Shown here piece after piece: positions 12,907 to 26,715 of a stretch of 64,000 nucleotides of DNA (positions within the stretch are counted from its first letter, which is position 1; every line of letters starts with the position of its first letter). Source of the DNA: Octopus sinensis (taxonomy: Eukaryota); the NCBI RefSeq assembly GCF_006345805.1, contig NC_042998.1, forward strand, positions 203,298,001 to 203,362,000, given 5' to 3'. Both the position numbers and the translations under genes were made by a program. The notes beneath the pieces are model-generated. The model saw only the letters and a list, made by a program, of their open reading frames with translations. It was not told the DNA's origin and did not search any database.

Positions 12907-14508
12907 TAATGATAAAACTACCTTCAAGCTAAATGTGTGTTTCTGCCTATCAAATTCAATCAGAAGGCTATGGTTACCTTGGGCCTATAGTAAAGGAAAA
13001 AATGTCTAAGGTGCTGTGACCCAAAAGGATGAAAGGCAAAGTCGACCTCAGCAGAATTTGAACTCAGAATGTAGCGGCAGACGAAATATCTATTTCTTTA
13101 CTACCCACAAGGGACTAAACATAGAGGGCGCAAACAAGGACAGACAAAGGGATTAAGTCAATTACATCGACCCCTGTGCATAACTGGTACTTATTCAATC
13201 AACCCTGAAAGGATGAAAGGCAAAGTTGACGTCAACAGAATTTGAACTCAGAACGTAGCGGCAGACGAAATACTACTAAGCATTTCGCCTGGCATGCTAA
13301 CGATTCTGCCAGCTCGCCGCTGTCTTGAATGAGAAGGATATCACAATGTGTTCTTATCCAACAAGGCCCTAACTACAGAACATGGAATGGTTAGATAGGA
13401 ATCAAAAAATGTTTGTGGGAGGAATGGGAATGTACGTGAAAATAATCCAGACACCCAGTATTCGGTGACTGCAAAGTAAACAGTTCCAACAACTAAATAC
13501 GAACAATAATTGAAGCACACACAGTTCTCGTCAATATTAGAGGGGGAGGGGAGGTTGAGAAGGGATTTATTAAGGGTACCATCCGAATGTGGCCAATGCC
13601 AGTGCCGCCTTGACTGGTTTCTGTGCTGGTGGCACGTGACCTGCTGTGTTTGAGGAGACCTATTGAGTCAAGTACATGAACGTCAAAATAAATATCAAAT
13701 GGAAATTGTAGTTGTGATACCTGTGCCAAAGCACCATCCGAACGTGGTCGATGCCAGCGCTGCCTTGACCGGCTTCTGTGCTGGTGGCACGTAAAAAGCA
13801 TCAAACGATTGTGTCCACTGCCAGCATTGCCTGGCACCTGTGCCGGTGGCATGTAAAAATCACCCACTACACTCTCAGAGTGGTTGGCGTTAGGAAGGGC
13901 ATCCAGCTGTAGAAACTCTGCTAGATCAGACTGGAGCCTGGGGCAGCCTCCTGGCTTCCGAGACCCTGGTTGAACCGTCCAACCTGTGCTAGCACAGAAA
14001 ACGGGCGTTAAACAATGATGATGTTGTTGAGTCCCCTCCAAACTAGAAAACGTAAATAAAGAGCAAACACTTTAAACCCCACAAACAGTAGTCTTCCCCA
14101 CAGCATTTGTTGTACAACTAACACAGCAGGGGATAAACAACTGGAAAGGTCTTAACAACTAGGAAATGATGGTGCTGACGATGATGATGAAAGTGATGAT
14201 GCTAGTGAGGATGAGAAGGTGGGGAGAACGGTTCTAATAGCAGGATCTCCACTGTATCGATTTTCACTGTAAAAATCTCAACATTGTCATTTGCAACGTG
14301 AAAAATAAATAGTATGCATGTGTGCGTATAAAAAAAAATATATATATATATATATATACACACACACCATCATCATATGTATGAATGCATGTATACGCAT
14401 ATGTATAAATATATGTACATATTGAGTGTGGTGTATGTTTATATATATATATATATTATGAATACATCTATATATGTAAGCATGTGTGTGTGTATGCGTG
14501 CAATGTAG

Positions 14509-14556
<48 letters not shown>

Positions 14557-14723
14557 CAGAAAATGTTTAAATACAGACCAAGGAAGCGGGGGTGGTGTGA
14601 AAATATCAATAAAAATATAAAGAAAACAGCAATTTCTATTTGTAAAATGTAAAGATATTTTATTTATTCTATTTTATTTCAAAGGAACAAAATTAAAAAA
14701 TAATTACTCTCCTACTACTATTG

Positions 14724-14768
<45 letters not shown>

Positions 14769-15024
14769 GAATAGACAACGGCCATTGTTCCCTTGTAGTC
14801 TAAATTCACCATCTGTTGTTAAAGGCCCCACCTACAGTAAATATTATCAGAATTACATGACATCACAGACAATAACAGATTGTCACCTTTTATACAATAA
14901 CTCACACACTGGCTTTGTATAGGAAAACATAGGTCTTTTTTTATACATACCTGTGTGTGTGTGTGTGTAGATAGATAAACATATTTACATATACATACAT
15001 ACATACATACATACATCAAATCTA

Positions 15025-15064
<40 letters not shown>

Positions 15065-15885
15065 CACACAAACATATGCACAAGCATATATGTACACACA
15101 CACTCATGCACACATACATACATACATGCATGCATATATATGTGTGTGTGTGTGTGTGTGTATGTACAGATATACACATACATACCATTATATACAAACA
15201 CACACACACACACACATACACATTTTAATACACACCTCTATTTTTTAGCTGTAAACATGTAGGTGTGTATATTACAGGTGAGAATGGGTAACAAGAAAAG
15301 GAAAATTCAGGTGTGAAAGGTCAGATGTTCCCCCACCCCCCCACCCCAGCACCTTAGTTTTCTTCTTTGAAATTAGGATTATATAAACCCAATCCCTTAC
15401 TCACCCACTAAAATAAAATAAAACAAAAAAACAACCCTAAAATAAACAAATATGAAAACGTAAACCTTATACAGCAACAGTGACTTATTATAAAGACTTT
15501 ATTTTGAGGGTTTTATTTTATATGAAGAGTTTTTGTTGTTGTTGTTGTTTTGGACCCAGGTCAACACTCATAAAACAGACCTGTGATCTGAGACCTTCCA
15601 GGCATGCCCATTCTATCTTTTCAGGCACATCTCATCATTCATCATCATCATTTAACGTCCGCTTGCCATGCTGGCATGGGTTAGACAGTTGAACTGGAGC
15701 TGAAGAGCTGCACCAGGCTCCAATCTTGATCTGACAGAGTTTCTACAGCTGGATGCCCTTCCTAATGCCAACCACTCCGAGAGTGTAGTGGGTGCCTTTT
15801 ACATGACACTGGCAGTAACCACAACTACGATTCACGTGTGCCGTTTGCATGGCACCAGCAATAACCATGATTCCCTGGTGCTATA

Positions 15886-17410
15886 TCATCATCATCATCA
15901 TCGTTTAACGTCCGTTTTTCATGCTAGCATGGGTTGGACGGTTCGACCGGGGTCTGGGAAGCCAGGAGGCTGCACCAGGCTCCAGTCTGATCTGGCAGTG
16001 TTTCTACAGCTGGATGCCCTTCCTAACGCCAACCACTCTGTGAGTGTAGTGGGTGCTTTTTACGTGCCCCCGGCACAGGTGCCAGGGAAGGCTGGCAGTG
16101 GCCATGATCGGTTGGTACTTTTTACATGCCACCGGCACAAGTGCCAGGGGAGGCTGGCAATGGCCACGATCGGTTGGTGGTTTTTACGTGCCACTGACAC
16201 GGAAGCCAGTCAAGGCAGCACTGGCATCGGCCACGTTCGGATGGTGCTTTTTAGGTGCCAGGGTAGGCTGGCAACGGCCTATATATATATATATGGCACC
16301 ATCAATGACCATAATGATTCACAGGTGCTATTTACATCGATGACCACAATGCATGTATGCCATTTACATGACAAGGGCATGACCACAACTACGATTTTAC
16401 TTGACCCGACGAGTCTTTCCTGCACAGTATATCACCAGAGCTCTCAGTCACTTGTCATCACCTCCGTGAGGCCCAACATTCAAAGATCCTGCTTCACCAC
16501 CTCATCCCATGTCTTCCTGGGTCTACCTTTTCCACAGGTTCCCTCTACAGTCAGAGATCAGCATTTCTTCATACAGCTGTCCTCGTCCATATGCATCCCA
16601 TGACCACACCAGTGCAGTAGTCTCTCTTGTCCACTACATTAGATTCCTTTTATGCCTAACTTTTCTCTCAAGATGCTTACACTCCATTGTACATGCACAC
16701 TGACCCTGCACCTACAGTGAAGCATATTAGCTTCCTTCCTTTTAAGCTTACACATGTCCTTGGCGATCACAGCTCATGTTTCACTGCCTTGTAGCATACC
16801 TGTTTGCACACAGGTGATATACAGTCTGCTTTTCACTCTGAGAAAGAGACCCTTTGTTACCAACAAAGGTAGAAGCTCTCTGAACTTTGCTCAGCCTATT
16901 CTTATTCTGTGGAGGCGCAATGATCCAGTGGTTACGGCAGTGGACTCGCAGTCGGAGGATCGTGGTTTCGATTCCCCAACTGGGCGTTGTGTGAGTTTAT
17001 TGAGCGAAAACACCTAAAAGTTCCATGAGGCCCTGTCAGGGTGAAGGCGACCCCTGTTGTACTCTTTTGTCCCAACTTTCCCTCACTCTTTCTTCCTGTT
17101 TCTTGAGTAATGCTGCGATGGACTGGCGTCCCATCCAGCTGGGGGGAACACATACGCCATAGAAACCGGGAAACTGGGCCCATGAGCCTGGTTAGGCTTG
17201 AAAAGGGTGCATAAATAAAAATTCTTATTCAAGCAGCTATACTTTCGAGAGTTGCCACCCCAACTACTGACTTGATCACCTAGGTAACGGAAGCTATCAA
17301 CTATCTCTAGCTTTCCCCACTGGCAATGGGTGGAGTCTGTTTTCTGTACAGTTGTAGTATTTATCGTATATCCAATATGTTGGTCTTTACTGTTTTGAAA
17401 GATGGTAAGA
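15886..17410 (-). mobile_element. RTE LINE fragment split by SINE-D (16908-17220)
   Basis: UTR and tail 15886-16400, RT remnants 16400-16907 and 17231-17410 homologous to 56.1-56.6 kb. Confidence 0.85.
16908..17220 (+). mobile_element. SINE-D (tRNA head, V-domain-like segment) with a 10 bp TSD
   Basis: TSD attcttattc at 16898-16907 and 17221-17230; gtggaggcgcaatg...gtttcgattccc head; gcgatggactggcgtcccatccag. A minus-strand copy lies at 57300-57606. Confidence 0.9.
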
Positions 17411-17820
17411 TTCACTGTGAAAGAGATTTGGCTGTTACTTCTAGCAGGTCATTGATTCATATTTGTGACTGTTGTTGGTAGAGCTATCAGTGATGGTGGT
17501 TGTGGTGGTGGTGGTGGTATCGGAGATAGGTTTTCCAGGATTTAAAGAAATGCAATCTTTATGGTTGTGCTCCAAACACATTTCGTCAAACTGTCACCAG
17601 TTGCCTGTTGTTTATGTATTTCCATCATTACTTGATAACTGGTGTTGGTGGTTTTATGTCCCTGTAACTTAGCAGTTCAGCAAAAAAGATCAATAGAATA
17701 ACAGGCTTTAAAAACAAAAGTAGTGGGGCAATTTGTTCAACTAGAAAGTCTTCAAAGTAGTGCCCAAGCATGGCCGCAGTCTAATGACTGAAACATGTAT
17801 AAGATAAAAAAAGTACTGTC

Positions 17821-17852
<32 letters not shown>

Positions 17853-17917
17853 ACACACACAGTGACACACTTATACCCTAACCACTAAGCCGTGTGCCTT
17901 CACTCTAACCCAGACTA

Positions 17918-18500
17918 GGTGGAGGTGCATGGTCTAGTGATTAGAGCAGCAAACTCGCGGTCGAGGGATCGCGGGTTCGAATCTCAGACCGGGCGATGTG
18001 TGTGTTTATGAGCGAAACACTTAAGCTCCACGTGGCTCTGGCAGAAGGTAATGGCGAACTTCTGCTGGCTCTTTCGCCACAACTTTCTCTCACTCTTTCC
18101 TCCTGCATCTTGCAGTTCACCTGCGACGGACCGGCGTCCCATCCAGGTGGGGAACCTATACACCAAGGAAACCGGGAAACCGGCCCTTATGAGCCAGCCA
18201 TGGCTCGAGAAGGAATATTGGTGGAGGCACATGGCCTAGTGGTTAGAGCAGCGGACTCGTGGTCAAGAGATCGCAGGTTCGAATCTCAGACCGGCTGATG
18301 CGTGTGTTTATGAGCGAAACACTTAAGCTCCACGTGGCTCCAGCAGAAGGTAATGGTGAACTTCTGCTGACTCTTTTGCCACAACTTTCTCTCACTCTTT
18401 CCTCCTGCATCTTGCAGCTCACCTGCGACAGGCTGGCGTCCCGTCCAGGTGGGGAACTTATACGCCAAGGAAACCGGGAAACCGGCTCTTATTAGCCAGG
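17918..18500 (+). mobile_element. Tandem dimer of a SINE-D subfamily (period ~302 bp)
   Basis: ggtggagg starts at 17918 and 18220. Confidence 0.9.
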
Positions 18501-18596
18501 CATCCTCCACAGCAAAGGAGCCTCCATAACGGTTCTTTTCATTGAAGATCCATTGAACCCCGGAGGATCCACGTACGATTCCATTATTCCATTATT

Positions 18597-19122
18597 CTTT
18601 TATTTGTTTCAGTCATTTGACTGTGGCCATGCTGGAGCACTGCCTTTTAGTCAAATAAATTGACCCCAGGACTTATTTTTTGTCAGCCTCATACTTATTC
18701 TATTGGTCTCTTTTCCTGAACCACTAAACTTCAGGGATGTAAACACACCAACAACGGTTTCCAAGCAATGGTGGGGGACAGACAGACACAAACACATAAA
18801 TATATACATACATACATATATACACACATATACAACACACACACATATACACACAACACACACATATATACACAGACATATGCACACACGCATACACACG
18901 CGCACATACACATGTGTACGCAGACATAGGCATGCACACACACACACACACCACACACACACACACACATATGATGAGTTTCTTTCAGTTTCTGTCTACC
19001 AAATCCATTGACAAGGCTTTGCTCGGTCCGAGACTATAGTAGAAGACACTTGCCCAAGGTGCCACACAGGGGGACTGAACCTGGAACCATGTGTTTGGGA
19101 AGCAAGCTTCTTACCACACAGG
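18597..19122 (-). mobile_element. SINE-A with an expanded internal microsatellite
   Basis: Tail at 18597, ~180 bp (CA)/(TA) expansion, head at 19122. Confidence 0.9.
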
Positions 19123-20004
19123 CGTTGTTAAAATTTACCTGCAATGAATTGGTTTTAATTCTGCAACACACAAAATATGCTAACCATTTTTTACTATAAA
19201 GTTCCTGATAATATTTAATCATAAGAATACGAAAGGAGTTTTTAAATATCAAATAGCCAGGTGTGGGGTGTCCACAGGTAAAAAAAAAAAGTGGTTGAGA
19301 GTCACTGCTCTATAAGGTTGTTTGACTTGCCAGAAATAGAAGCCACCGAAATTGTAGTTGTGGTACCTGTGCCAGTGGCACATAAAAAGCACCATCTGAA
19401 CATGGCCGCTGCCAGCCTCCCCTGGCACCTGTGCTGGTGACACGTAAAAAGCACCCACTACACTCACGGAGTGGTTGGCGTTAGGAAGGGCATCCAGCGG
19501 TAGAAACATTGCCAGATCAGACTGGAACCTGGTGCAGCTTCCTGGCTTCCCAGACCCCGGTCGAACCGTCCAACCCATGCCAGCATGGAAAACGGACATT
19601 AAACGATGATGATGATCTCACTCAAATCTCACCCTAATGTCTCAAAAAATTGGAATGACTGGTTAAAAAGAAAATATCAAAAAAGAAATGGTGGGGGGGG
19701 GAATAAAAGTTTGGATGTCTTTGAAAATAAGGTTGGTTTGATCCGGACTGGTTGGGACTGAACCAGAAGAATTGTGTGGCATGGATGCTGCGATGACTGG
19801 TACACGCAAACAGAAAAAAAAAACAGTGACAGATTGATGGATGTGGAGGTGGGGTTGGGGTAAATTGTACAAGAGGTGTTGTGTATGTGTGTGCGTGTGT
19901 GTGTTTGTTGTGTGTGTGTGTGTTATTGTTGTGTATGTGTGTGCGTGTGTGTGTGTTTTTGTTGTGTATGTGTGCGTGTGTGTGTGTATGTCTTTTTGTT
20001 GTGT

Positions 20005-20300
20005 ATGTGTGTGTGTGTGTTTTTGTTGTGTATGTGTGTGCGTGTGTGTGTTTGTTGTGTGAGTGTGTGTTATTGTTGTGTATGTGTGTGTTTTTTGTTG
20101 TGTGCGTGTGTTGTGTATCTCTTAAATCAATGAATTTCATCGCCCAATAAAAATATTAACGATATTTTTTTAACTTTGATATCGTTAATATTTTTATTGG
20201 GCGACGAAATTCATCGATTTAAGAGATACACAACACACGCACACACAACAAACACACACACGCACACACATACACAACAAAAACACACACACACACACAG
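20005..20300. repeat. Fold-back inverted duplication with a ~13 nt loop
   Basis: ...tatctcttaaatcaatgaatttcatcgcccaataaaaatattaacgatat / atatcgttaatatttttattgggcgacgaaattcatcgatttaagagata..., extending into the flanking (TG)/(CA) array. Confidence 0.85.
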
Positions 20301-21372
20301 GTAATCGTTCCATAAGTCAGGGATGACATTGAAATAAACATGGGAGAAGCCTTTGAAGACAGAAGACAGTGATAAGGATGAATAACACGGCAGAAAATTG
20401 AATTGAGCTCAAAACAGAGAATACGATTGGTTAAAATTCGAAGAATTAAACTACGTAAACGTTACAAAATATATTTTTCTCAAAAAAACTAATTGAAATT
20501 AATGTTTTCTTTTGACACATTCTACCAGTATACGAAGTTTCAAATTATTTAGTTAAGTAGAAAATTCTGTCCATCTTTTAGAAAAGATCCCAAAGAATTT
20601 AGTAAAATAACTTGGTTATCATTCGGCTAGTGTTAGGAACATAAATTGTGACTAAGGTTTGGAGGAAGATTTTAGTTCAAAACTTCAGAAAACAAGACAT
20701 TTATACTACGGAGTCAGAGCTGGTTTCAGTTGGGTTGGTAATGAAAGGGTTTAGTTAAAAGAAAGAAAAGGAAACTAAGGCAGATAAAAACTGAGACAAA
20801 CGAGAGAGAGGGGTATGATAGATAGACAGACGGCTAGCCAAAGAGAGAGAGAGAGAGATTAAGCAGAGTTAAATTCAACAGGAGAAAGTTGTTTGTTGAC
20901 TGCGATGATGATGATAATAATAATAATAATAATATGCTCTCTCACTCAGATGGTAGAATGGTGCAAATATTGGAAGAGTTGTTGGTCAGCACAAGTGGAC
21001 AGTGGCAGCTGGTGGACAGAGGGACCTATGATTATCTCCACCCAAACCCTAACATTTACCTCTAGGGAGCCAGAAATGAATCAAAGTATGGTGGTGGTGG
21101 TGGTGGTGGTGGGGATATTGCAGAGAGGGGAGCAGGAAGAGAAACCTCACTGATGGTGGGTGGAGGAAGAAGGTGGTGGTGGTGGTGGTGATGGTAGTTA
21201 TGGGGTGGCGGAGGTGGTTGATACAAATAATGAGAGAGAGGGGGGAAGGGGGAAGCATGAGAAAGAAGTAGAGAGGGGGGATAGAGAAAAGTGAACAGAG
21301 AAATAAGAGTACAAGCAGTTGTGTGTGTGTGTGACAGATGCAGAGCAGAGAGTAGAAAGGCTGGAAAAAGAA

Positions 21373-21411
<39 letters not shown>

Positions 21412-21580
21412 AAAGAGAAAGTGTGGTGGTGGTGGTGGTGGTGTATGGCTCTCATCATCATCATCAGGCACAGGCATGGCTGTGTGGTAAGTAGCTTGCT
21501 ACCCAACCACATGGTTCTGGGTTCAGTTCCTACACGTGGCACCTTGGGCAAGTGTCCTCTAATATAGCCTCGGGCCGACC

Positions 21581-22150
21581 AGGTGAGTCTCTACAGCTTG
21601 AAGTCGCATGTCAAGAGGAAACACCCAGTGCTTGGCATCCAGTTTGAGGAGAGGATCAAGGCCGGCCCTTCCTATGGGAGACACAGGCAACCTTCTGGTA
21701 GCAGTGCCAGTGGCCAGTTGTTGCAGCCATGCACAAAGAAAGCACGCGATCCCAGCATTGGTGAAGCCTTTGGCCAAACTGCTGGCACTGGCGTCCGTCA
21801 GTCTATGGTGGACAGAAGGATTGTAGACCTGTTTGTCGTAAACATGTTACCGCAGCATGTTGCTGTGAGCGGGCCGGCGCTGGCAGGTGGTTGCGGGGTC
21901 GGCAACAGCAGCAAGTGTGCAACGTTAGCGGGCTGTCACGCTGAAGCTGCTACTGCGCTGTTAGAGGGCCTAAACAAAAGGGCTTGCAGTCGGCAGGTGG
22001 ATGTCTCCGGGATTGTTCGGCAGGATACCCGAGATGTCAGCCTAAGACGCCGTCAGCCCGTCAGCATCAAGATGCTGAACCCCAGCAGGACATCAATGTC
22101 CCACCGCACTCTGGGCAGTTTGATCTTGGCCAGCCATAAACAACTGGAGG
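21581..22150 (+). mobile_element. GC-rich hAT (Ac/Tol2-like) transposase fragment
   Basis: SLYSLKSHVKRKHP (end of a BED finger) ... PSIGEAF ... RQSMVDRRIVDLFVVNMLPQHV (Hermes-type DNA-binding segment); similarity is lost after ~21865. Confidence 0.65.
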
Positions 22151-22617
22151 AGTATCATCATCATCATCATCGTTTAACATCTGTTTTCCATGCTAGCATG
22201 GGTTGGACGGTTCGACTGGGGTCTGGGAAGCCATGGAGGCTGCACCAGGCTCCAGTCTGATCTGGCAGTGTTTCTACAGCTGGATGCCTTTCCTAATGCC
22301 AACCACTCTGAGAGTGTAGTGGGTGCTTTTACATGCCACCGGCACGAGGGTCAGTTAGGTGGTACTGGCAACGGCTGCGCTCAAATGGTGCGTTTTATGT
22401 GCCACCTTCACAGGAGTCAGTCCAGCAGCACTAGCAACGATCTCGCTTGAATGTTTTTTCACGTGCCACCAGCACAACTAAAAGATATATTCAATTCGGC
22501 ACTCAATGGAGGGACCTGCCCAAATGGGTAAGCAGTACTCCGCTTTTAGGGTGAAGACGGCTCTTTTAGAGACACAACAAATCTTTAAAAGTTAAAAACC
22601 TTCTTGAATGAGCTTAC

Positions 22618-22663
22618 CCTTCTGGTCAGCAGCCAGGTAGTAGACATGAAGTAGGAGTCTCAT
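22618..22663 (-). CDS. Candidate micro-exon
   Basis: tttcag|ATGAGA...CAGAAGG|gtaagc (strong donor); MRLLLHVYYLAADQK(G). An alternative upstream acceptor exists at 22727. Confidence 0.22.
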
Positions 22664-24677
22664 CTGAAACCAGGTGTGAATTTAAGATCCAAGTGACTAT
22701 CCAATACAGAGACTCCTTCAAAATGGTCTTATCCACAAAAACAATACAAACAACAAAAATTTCACAATGATGGGGTAAAGATATTAGGGTCTCATTTGAA
22801 ATACTGAATAAAACAAAATTGGGATGAGCACTGAAAAGGCCATTCATGGTGTGTTGGGTGTGATGTTCACAGAATAAAATGTGGTGTTATCAGCAAATAT
22901 CTCAATAGAAGACATTATTTTGTCAGGTAAATAAGACGGCAAGATGGCAGAACTGTTAGCACACCAAACATTTTGTCTGTTTTTAAGTTCTGTGTTCAAA
23001 TTCTGCCGAGGTTGACTTTGCAAGTTATCCTTCTGGGGGTGGGGTGGGGGTCAATGAAATAAGCACCAGCAGAGCACTGGCATCGATGTAATCACTTTAC
23101 AGCACCACCACAGAAAAGACATCTCTTATTCTTTGATTCTCTGTCTGAAGAATTTCTAACAAAAAATTTACACTTGGATGAAGCATTAATATAAATATGA
23201 TTTTCTCGCTTTTTTTACTATCTAAAGAACTCCCGATCACTAATAAATATATATAAACGTTTCATCAAAATGTTAATTTTCTATAATTTGATTCTCTGTC
23301 TGAAGAATCACTAATAGGAAATATCTTACAGGTTTATCCTACTGCGTGTAGGAAATTGTAATTCCTATTAGCACATCTGATCGTGGGGTGTAACCAGCCC
23401 ACTCATGAGTACCCCTCATTCACTGGACAATAAACCTTGCTTACAAAGATCTGTTGAGGAAAGTGAAATAAAAATCAAAGTCACTGACATGGCCGATAAC
23501 AGTACCACCTGATTGGCACTGGTGCCAGTGGAACGTTAGAAGCACATCTGAGCATGATTGTTACCAGGGCCACGGATTGGCTCCTGTGCTGGTGGAACAT
23601 GGAAAGCACCATTCGAATGCGATCGCTGCCAGTGTCATTTTACCGGGACATGTGCCGGTGGCACGAGAAAGACAACATTTGAGCATGGTCATTGCCAGTG
23701 CTGCCGGACTGGCTCCTGTGCAGGTAGCACATAAAAAATACATTTTGAGCGTGGAAGTTGCCAGAACCACCTGACTGGCCCTCGTGCCAGTGGCACATAA
23801 AAAACACCCTCTACACTCTTGGAGTGGGTGGCATTAGGAAGGACATCTCGCTGTAGAAACACTGCCAGATCAGATTGGAGCCTGGTGCAGCCTCCTGGCT
23901 TGACAGTCCTTAGTGAAACCATCCAACCCATGTCAGCATGGAAAGCAGATGTTAAACGACGACGATGATGATTAGCAAATGAAACATGTGTAATGGTGAA
24001 TAAATGATACCAAAAAAATTTCCAGTGTCCAGTTTTGATGTGTGTCTGTGTGTGTTATCTGCTATTGGTGCTGTTAGAACAATGAGTGTTCCAGTTGATC
24101 CAATCAACGGGATGGTCAGCTTGGGATATTAACATGGAAGTGGCTGAGTACTCCACAGACATGTGTGCCTTTAACGTGATTCTCAGGGAGATTCAGCATG
24201 ACACAGAATGTGACAAAGGTCGGGCCCCAGTGAATTACAGGTACAGTTCATTGTTGCCGGTTGAGTGGACTGCAGCAATGTGAAATGAAGTGTCTCGCTC
24301 AAGGACACAACACGTCACTGGGAACCAAACTCATGACCTTACAAATGCAAGCCGAACACTCTAACCACTAAGCCACAGTGCCATGAATATATTTATATAA
24401 TTGCGTGTGTATGGGTGTGTGCATGTATATATATATATAATATATATACACACACACCATTTGAAGGTATTCAGTAACAACCAACCAACCAATAACATGG
24501 CCAGAAAGAGGAAAAAGATTAATAAAAAAAAGATACAGACCCAAAACAACACAAGAAAAAAAAAAGCAAAAACACACTTGTCCCCCCCCCCCCCCGTCCT
24601 CGCACACACACAGTTCTGTGATACAATTCTAAATTGGTTTCCCATAATATAAACTCTGCTATTTTTTGTCATTATAC

Positions 24678-24729
24678 CACAGAAATAATATATTTGTTGA
24701 AATTCTCCCAAAGAACGAAGAGTATGGCA
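24678..24729 (-). CDS. Candidate small exon, unknown gene
   Basis: Strong pyrimidine tract ttttctccgtttccaacattttcaag|, then CHTLRSLGEFQQIYYFC(G)|gtataa. Phase 0 start is compatible with the 26557-26669 candidate. Confidence 0.3.
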
Positions 24730-24934
24730 CTTGAAAATGTTGGAAACGGAGAAAATAAATATGTTGGCAGAGTGGTTTTGCTTTATTATTATTGTTATTA
24801 TTATTATTGTTGTTATTATTATTATTGTTATTATTATTATTGTTATTATTACTATTATTATTGCTATTATTATTTTCTGGGGAAAAATTTCTGTTGTGGT
24901 TAGATTTTTCTTTTGGTTTTGTGTAATTATGTTT

Positions 24935-24975
<41 letters not shown>

Positions 24976-25262
24976 TATATATATTGCGTTTCAACACAGC
25001 AGGGAAACTGGACAGCAAGACAATAAGAACATGACAATAATACACACATACGCACACACATGTGCGTCAGTATGAGTGTGTGTATATATACATTCACACA
25101 AATACACACACACACACACACATATGTGTGCACATACACACACTTATATTGAACATCAAACTTGTAAATAAAGAGAATAGATTCCTCTAATTCACCAAAA
25201 AAAACCCCACCTCATTTTGTTAGATTTATTATCCATATATCAATTGTTAGCTCTGTGTGTGA

Positions 25263-25289
<27 letters not shown>

Positions 25290-25313
<24 letters not shown>

Positions 25314-25533
25314 TACACACACACATGTATGTATATCAGTGCATACAGCTGCATTTCCTTATATATAAACATAACCTCACTGATACGTGTATACATATTC
25401 GCAAACATTTATTCGAATACATGTGTTTGTGTGTGAGGTGGGGTACGTTGTGGGGGAATGACTGCAATGAGATATTCTGAGGTGAGACCCTTTCTGACCC
25501 ATACCAGCAGGGAAAACCAAAATAATGACATCG

Positions 25534-25574
<41 letters not shown>

Positions 25575-25813
25575 AAAAGAGAGAAAGAGATATACTGTTA
25601 CATAAATGCAAGTAACAGACATATATGGAAATAAATATATGCAAGGAGCCCACATACACATGCAGGTATATATGCACCACCCCCACAGAGAAAGAATGAA
25701 GTAGGAGGTTCTCAACAATAAGTTACAGAGAAATAATTGCCTTATATATACATATATATATATATACACACACATATACATACATAGGAAGAGAGACAAA
25801 ATAGTCACACATG

Positions 25814-25857
<44 letters not shown>

Positions 25858-26079
25858 TACACACACACATGTATGTATATCAGTGCATACAGCTGCATTT
25901 CCTTATATATAAACATAACCTCACTGATACGTGTATACATATTCGCAAACATTTATTCGAATACATGTGTTTGTGTGTGAGGTGGGGTACGTTGTGGGGG
26001 AATGACTGCAATGAGATATTCTGAGGTGAGACCCTTTCTGACCCATACCAGCAGGGAAAACCAAAATAATGACATCGCT

Positions 26080-26118
<39 letters not shown>

Positions 26119-26284
26119 AAGAGAGAAAGAGCTATACTGTTACATAAATGCAAGTAACAGACATATATGGAAATAAATATATGCAAGGAGCCCACATACA
26201 CAAGCAGGTATATATGCACCACCCCCACAGAGAAAGAATGAAGTAGGAGGTTCTCAACAATAAGTTACAGAGAAATAATTGCCT

Positions 26285-26338
<54 letters not shown>

Positions 26339-26400
26339 TACATAGGAAGAGAGACAAAATAGTCACACATGCACATATATATATATATATATATATGTAT
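25290..26400 (+). repeat. Recent tandem duplication, ~545 bp unit, bounded by (TA)n
   Basis: catgtatgtatatcagtgc at 25324 and 25868; the copies are nearly identical. Confidence 0.92.
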
Positions 26401-26556
26401 ATACACATGGACAATATACCTAGTCATGTATATATATATATATATATGTATACACACAGAAAATACACACACACATGTATAATGTATAATGGTGCCGTGT
26501 AAATGTATATGTTCTTGTATACTTTGCGTCAGCATATGTGTGTGTGTTTAGGAAAC

Positions 26557-26669
26557 CTGTATACACAAGTCCGTTAACACACAGTTTTGCGTAAAGAGAA
26601 GTTTTAAATCATCCAAAAAGTTTGGTTTCTCCTCATATTTTGTGTTCCACAACACATCACTATCAATAT
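26557..26669 (-). CDS. Candidate coding exon, unknown gene (weakly BTB-start-like)
   Basis: ttattgacag|AT ATT GAT...ATA CAG|gtttcc. Open 37 codons (D)IDSDVLWNTKYEEKPNFLDDLKLLFTQNCVLTDLCIQ in a unique island between microsatellites; the donor is weak. Confidence 0.45.
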
Positions 26670-26671
26670 CT

Positions 26672-26683
26672 GTCAATAATAAC

Positions 26684-26715
<32 letters not shown>

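Noticed and set aside
15788-16603. 271 aa ORF and similar ORFs sharing LQLDALPNANHS (1494, 13493, 29802 and others)
   Set aside because: Antisense reading of the repeated RTE 3' UTR; not a protein family.
23287-23332. Hammerhead-like CTGT-CTGAAGA...GAAA...ACAG with a 22 bp direct repeat at 23131
   Set aside because: Helices II and III cannot be formed; at most a decayed remnant.
24720-26570. CxxCH heme-binding motif (CIQCH) formed by joining two candidate exons
   Set aside because: Depends on an unverified splice; a five-residue match is easily chance.
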